A stretch of 64,000 nucleotides of DNA from Klebsormidium nitens (Eukaryota > Plantae > Klebsormidiophyceae). The number at the start of each line of letters is the position of its first letter. The stretch's first letter is position 1. Below are positions 58,838 to 64,000 of this stretch, piece by piece. The notes below the pieces were generated by a model. The model was not told where the DNA came from, did not search any database, and saw only the letters and a list, made by a program, of their open reading frames with translations. The position numbers were made by a program, and so were the translations under genes. The stretch lies in contig DF236970.1 of NCBI GenBank assembly GCA_000708835.1, positions 1 through 64,000 on the forward strand. The letters run 5' to 3'.

Positions 58838-61800
58838 ATGGCTTTGACATCAAGAAGTTGTCCACGTTGCTTGTTTGGTGGGCCTGCCACCACCAGCTCG
58901 CCAAAGAGCCTTCGTCAACCTACCGTGGGGCGGCCAGCACCATTTCCTGCATTGCGGTGCTGGGATCGAGCGCCAGCATCTACGGGGCAGTGTCGCCAAC
59001 ACCATATCGCACCGTGGATTCCTTTGCACGTGGAATCCAGCAGGGTGCTGAAACGTGGTCGAGCCAATTCAGCCGGTTCCTCGTACAAAGGTGGCCTGTC
59101 ATACTTGGGGTTCATGTGTATGTTCATCTAAAAGGAACCAGCTGGGTAGCATTGCACTTTGGAAATGTTATCTAAGGAGGGACAGCTTTGGGAGAGAAGC
59201 CTTGGAAGACAATTGGCGCACCGTGCTCGCGCATGTGACCACAACTAATCAGATGCATCTGACAATTCATGAATCCATTCTCAAAGCTTGCGCGTCATTA
59301 CATTTCAGAAGCAACTCACTGTCCTGTCAAAGTCTTAGTTGTACATCAAAGCAATTGCCATGCCCCTTTCCAGACCACCAGTGCAGCTGGATACTTCTGC
59401 AGCTCCTGAGACTGCTGAAGATGCATTTGCTGCATTGATAGCTCTCTCGTGAGAGCTTTGTACGTCTTTGCTCACAGGTGGTTCTATGGACGTTTCCACG
59501 CATGCAACTAGAGGAGAGGCGCTTGCGGCAAGTGCAAGTAAGGAGGAAGACGGTTTGGAGAACATGTTGCGGCAAACTGGGTGGACGAAGGTGAAGCAGC
59601 TGACAGTCCAGGAGCATTGGCAGTGAGTCACCAATGCATTGACTCTACTATCCAGACACCTTTCCATCCAATCCTGGTTCAATGTCCTCTTGACCAGTTG
59701 TTGGTCTGTGTTCATTCAGGCCACCTTTTGGCCCTTTACTGAGTGGTTAGGATCAAAAAGTTACTTGAAGTGCCTGAGGTGATTGTCAAACTTGATCAGG
59801 GACACCGTGCGCTCTCCCATAGCTTCTGCCTTCCTGCATACATTTGCGCAGGGAAGAGACCGGCAGCTGCAAACACAATTCCTCCGGGATGCAAATGGAG
59901 CTCTGTAAAGTCTGTTTGAAAAGCAATGGAGGACAGACCTCCCTGTTTGTTGTCTCTTCATTGCTTCCCTAATGTATAGGGCCATCACAGTCTTCTAGGG
60001 GACTCTTGTGGCTCAAAGGCCCTTTTAATACAGTCAAAGAGTGCTGTAGATGCAACCACTGCAGGTTGAGTGACGCACACAAGAGGAACTGGCATGGCCA
60101 GTGGACGCGGTACATTGCAACACCCTCCGAAACAGGTGCATATCCTCTTTGGAACACTCCCTTGCTTGCTGAAGAAACTGTTGCAATTCTCTCCGACAGA
60201 GACACAGATAGGACCCTGACTTTTGGGATGATCACCGGCCTGGGGCCAGTTTATCCTGTTGGTGGACTTTGCTAGCAACTTTCTGGAAGGCCGAGGGAAC
60301 CTCTGAAGCTCGCTCACGGCTCTAAAGCTTGAGATTACGAACTTTGTTCTGTCAGTGTGGCGCAACTCAGCCTTGAAGTGAGCTGTGTGACAAGGAGACG
60401 GAGCGGATATTGAGTTCCCTTTGATTGGTTTGGTTGCAGGGGCGACGACTTACACGATCCAAGAGAACAAGTACGGCATCCGAAACATTGAGTGGGCAAA
60501 CGCAGAGAAGACAGAGACGTTCCATCAGAACCACTACTTCAGCGAGGTGAGCTCTTTGAAAAACTGCGCATCAGTTTCGTACGTTCGGGGCTTCCAAACG
60601 GACAGGTTTTCAGTATCAAGACATTTCACTGCTCTCCCGATTACGTTTGTTCTTCAACTGCTTACGACTTGTCATACGACTCCTGCCTGAGCTTAGCTGT
60701 GCCTGAATTCCAGTTTAAGATACTGGTCTTCAACATGTGCTGTCTCACTTTCGTTAGACAAGCATTGCACTTCGCAAAACTCCACGCTTATTTCGGTTGC
60801 GTCGATGGTCGTTTCAAGGTTTCAGGTCCATAGCAAAACTTTCGGATCTCGACGAGGTAATCAAGCGGCCCACCAATCCGGTAACATTGATGCTACTCAT
60901 CTGAATTAGTCCTTCGGGAATTTTGAGAGAGCTTTAGCTTCTTCCGAAGACGAACTCTCTCAATAAGGAACTGAGAACCTGACCGGTATGGGTCCCAACA
61001 TTCGAAAAATTCATTTAGTGTACAACTGGGAATGTGCTCAGAGACGACCTTTGGTTCGGAGTTTCATCTGATCAGTTCCAAGCCCAGAGGTTTACGTTAA
61101 CCCACAGGGTTTTTTGGCGGTTAACCACATTCGGTTACGGGCTGGTTCGAAGCTGGTTAACTGTCCAATAACCAGACTCGAGCAGTAACCAGGTTTTAAG
61201 CGTGGCTATAACGCGGTTACTGACCAAAGAACCAGACTGAAGTTTGGTTATCGAACCTGGTTGGCAGCCAAACCTTCCTGTGACCTGGGAAAAGTGCCAT
61301 CTTCCTTGGAGGTACGCCGATAGCTGTTTCGACGTCCGAGTAAGAACACATTCTAGTACGACCCGCGACTAAAGTGAAGTCTCCCGACATCTCAACGGCA
61401 GACCCGTCTCTGATTACTTTCAAACGCTGAAAACTCTTCCTTCACAACTAAGAGAGTGCGTCAAAAAACCGGCCCTCTTGAGCGACCACGTCGCTAGGGC
61501 TCCGCTCCGGCGGTCGCTCAAAAGAGCACGGGATCTAGATCTTTGCAGCGACACTCAAGTCACATCTCACAGGCTGTGTGTCGCTGGGAAGCCACGTGGG
61601 CGAGCGCCCTCTCTAACGACGATCCTCTCTTCCATCTACGACAAACAAATTCGAAAATAACAAGAGCCAGGTATGATAAGCTCCAACTAACATTAAAACC
61701 CTAACCCAACAGATTACGTGCTCCACACCCGTACCCACCCTAACCCCCAAACTAACCGCACCCGTCCCAGCCTGGCGATCTTATTGTTCCTGCCGCTTTT

Positions 61801-62973
61801 TAATGCTGATTTAGTCCGAGCTCTTCCATCTGGTCCAGGACTTCGCGCCCCTGCGGAGCGCTGGCCCGTGGACTAACACGGTCGCCGAGAGCACCCCTGA
61901 GGGCGTGACTCACGCCGCCTCTGCGGCGGCGACCACGCTCTATCTCCCGGGCGGCAGCGCCGTGTGGGCGTCCAAAGCCGTTGATCTGAATGCCAAGCCG
62001 TTCAGTTTGGCCGCGGAGCTGTTTCTAAGACCAGGTTGGTGTCTGGCCGTCAGTCTCTGCTTTCAGTTTCTCCAGTTTGATTGGCTGTCGACCGTTTCCT
62101 CTCGGTGTTGGTTCTATCATTCGTCGTCGTGTGACTGCTGAGCTTTTTCTGAGGCCAAACCAGATGTGCAAGCTACCAATCTCCATGTTTCGCGCCAAAG
62201 CACCGTCGGCTCTTCTTGTGTCTTGGTCTTTGCTCTTGAATCTCATTCGCGTAACCCGAGTCCGGTTACTAAGCTTCTGAAGTGACCAAGTCTACACGCA
62301 TAACCAGCGGCCAGGTCCAAATGCCCTCCGAACAAGTCGCCTTTCTTCCTGACGCAGAAATCTGAGTCCAGTTACCAAGGGGTTGAAGTGACCAAGTCTA
62401 AAACACATATTCAGCGGCCAGGTTCGCACGCCCTCCAGAGCTGTTACCTCTTTTCCTGATGCAGACAACAACACGCGCGTCAGCATCATTCCCTTCTACA
62501 ACGGCGCCGCCTTCGCCGGCGTGACGCTGGTCCGCGAAGAGGCGCGCGAACCTGCGGACGCGCTCGAGCTGCGTCCGAAGAGCGGCGAGCCCTTTTGGAC
62601 GTACGAACTGGAGCTCCCCTCCGGACGCAGCGACGTCGCTGCTGAGCTCATTGGCACTGAGACGCTCATGATGGGCCATGGTTTGACGTTGTATGAACGG
62701 GAGGGGAGGTTTGGGGGTTACGGGGGCGCGCAGCGTGGGGCGTCTTTGGGTTCCGAAGGTTTTGGACCGTGTTTAAATGATGCGGAGTATGTGAATGTGC
62801 GGTTGCCCGAGAATCTCTCAGTGAGGTGTCCAAAGAGAATAATCGAAGGCCAAGGGTTTGAGATGTCGGCGGTGCTCGTCTCGGTGGATGGGATGGGAGC
62901 GTCTCAATGCAAGGTCATATACGGTGAAGACTGGAAGTTGAAGGGTGTCATATATGGCACGTATTTTGCATGA
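58838..62973 (+). CDS. DUF3598-family protein (cyanobacterial/plastid-type), probably plastid-targeted; 5' exons uncertain
   Basis: Confident exons: 60065 to about 60261 (RNWHGQWTRY), 60440-60546, 61839-62034 (TLYLPGGS..W....PFSLAAELFLRP) and 62465-62973 (RVSIIPFY...VTLVRE; RLPENLSVRCP...GFE..V...YGEDWKLKGV). These match the twin beta-barrel pattern of DUF3598 as I recall it. A Ser/Arg/Ala-rich, transit-peptide-like ORF starts at 58838. Confidence 0.72.
62137..62464 (+). repeat. Echo of the DUF3598 exon end (AELFLRP) plus a ~106-nt tandem duplication ending at the next acceptor
   Basis: gct gag ctt ttt ctg agg cca (62137-62157) matches the functional gcg gag ctg ttt cta aga cca (62013-62033). 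aagtgaccaagtcta..cagcggccaggt..gccctcc..cctga(c/t)gcag occurs at about 62281 and 62387. Confidence 0.75.
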
Positions 62974-64000
62974 AGATATGCTCAAGCTGAGGCTGTATTT
63001 TGTGGAGAATTCAAAAGTGGACAGTCTTCTATTGACGACTGCGGCTGGTTGTGGTGGTTGCATTCGTAAGCCTCGAGCCGGCCACTCATGATGCCACGTT
63101 GTCGATCAAGTTGGAAATCGGCAGCCTGGCTTGTGCACATGGTCGAATTTTCCCGGCCAACAAACTGTGAGGTCCGAGGGACAAATCCATCGTCTCCAAG
63201 ATTTGCAGAAGTTGCTTCATAACCTCCTTATCTTTACTTGCAGTGCATTAGTGGCACGTGCATGCTTCACATGCTAGAGGTGAATGGCGTTACTGATCGA
63301 TGTACCAGGGATACCAGATGACACCAAACCCGTCACCCTCTTTACTTGAACCACTGCATGAACGCGATTCCTAGATTAAACGATCAATCGTTATGAATCC
63401 TAGATCGACGCGGCAGCGGCCCAGCCGTTTTAGCATGTACAAATAGCTTCACATGGCCGGATGGTATACGCAGCGGCGCCGCCGCCCATGCTTTCCGTTC
63501 ACGTTGCAAGCCTCAGGCTAGTGCAGTGCAAAACGCTGCGCATGTACACGTCATGTTCAATCAAAGAGTACCATCGCGGTCCATATTTAATGCAGTACAT
63601 ATATATGCTCAGACTAGAGAATTGATTGCATCCACGGCGGCCTGACGACCATTTGATACATCTTGCACGCTTACGTTGACATGTCCGTGCATCACGCATA
63701 TCGTCATGCGCGCAGTTATGCTCAAATAATACAGGCGTACCCTTAAAAAACATTAGCGGCGGTCATTGCAGTACAAAGCACGGACTCAATGGCCGTGATA
63801 CTTCATCATGTCCACACTAAACACACTCCACATCTTGTGGCCAATCTCATGCATAGGAAAGTAAGACTGTGCGATTTTAGTCACTGCAGCAGAAAAGCAA
63901 GGGGATGCAGTGCAAACCTAGAGAAAGGTTACATCAAAACAAGCCTGCGCTTTTAAAAACATTATTTGTCCTAGGGTTCAATCTGTACTGAGCAGCCTAT

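Noticed and set aside
61080-61280. GGTTAACC/AACC-rich quasi-palindromic stretch in a DUF3598 intron, considered as a structured RNA
   Set aside because: No tRNA, snoRNA or miRNA hallmarks; similar AACC/GGTT-rich tracts occur in other introns here.

Overview
Intron-rich eukaryotic nuclear DNA with GT-AG introns of about 0.2-2 kb and GC-rich exons. Gene content is plant-like (SRO/RCD1-type PARP, DTX/MATE, plant O-fucosyltransferase-like family, DUF3598). The intron style resembles a streptophyte green alga such as Klebsormidium; this is an inference from memory and was not searched. I reconstructed eight spliced genes by hand: a class A flavoprotein monooxygenase (+), an O-fucosyltransferase-like protein (-), a TVP38/VTT membrane protein that probably carries a C-terminal AT-hook tail (-), an ankyrin-WWE-PARP protein (-), a MATE transporter (-), phospholipase B-like (+), ARL2 (-) and a DUF3598 protein (+). 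Four intronless or largely intronless ORFs are also present: a CxxC..CxxC repeat protein, a helical-bundle/TM/Cys-rich protein, a coiled-coil hypothetical protein and a giant-virus-like GIY-YIG nuclease. Three things stand out. (1) A tankyrase-like ANK-WWE-PARP architecture built on a plant SRO-type catalytic domain, flanked by immune-like or virus-like intronless ORFs. (2) In six genes, introns carry 'echo' copies of the neighbouring splice junction, and several echoes differ from the real exon mostly at synonymous positions. (3) A VTT/DedA-family membrane protein apparently fused to AT-hooks. No rRNA, tRNA, CRISPR array or autonomous transposon was recognised. Exon boundaries were read by eye and may be off by a few bases.
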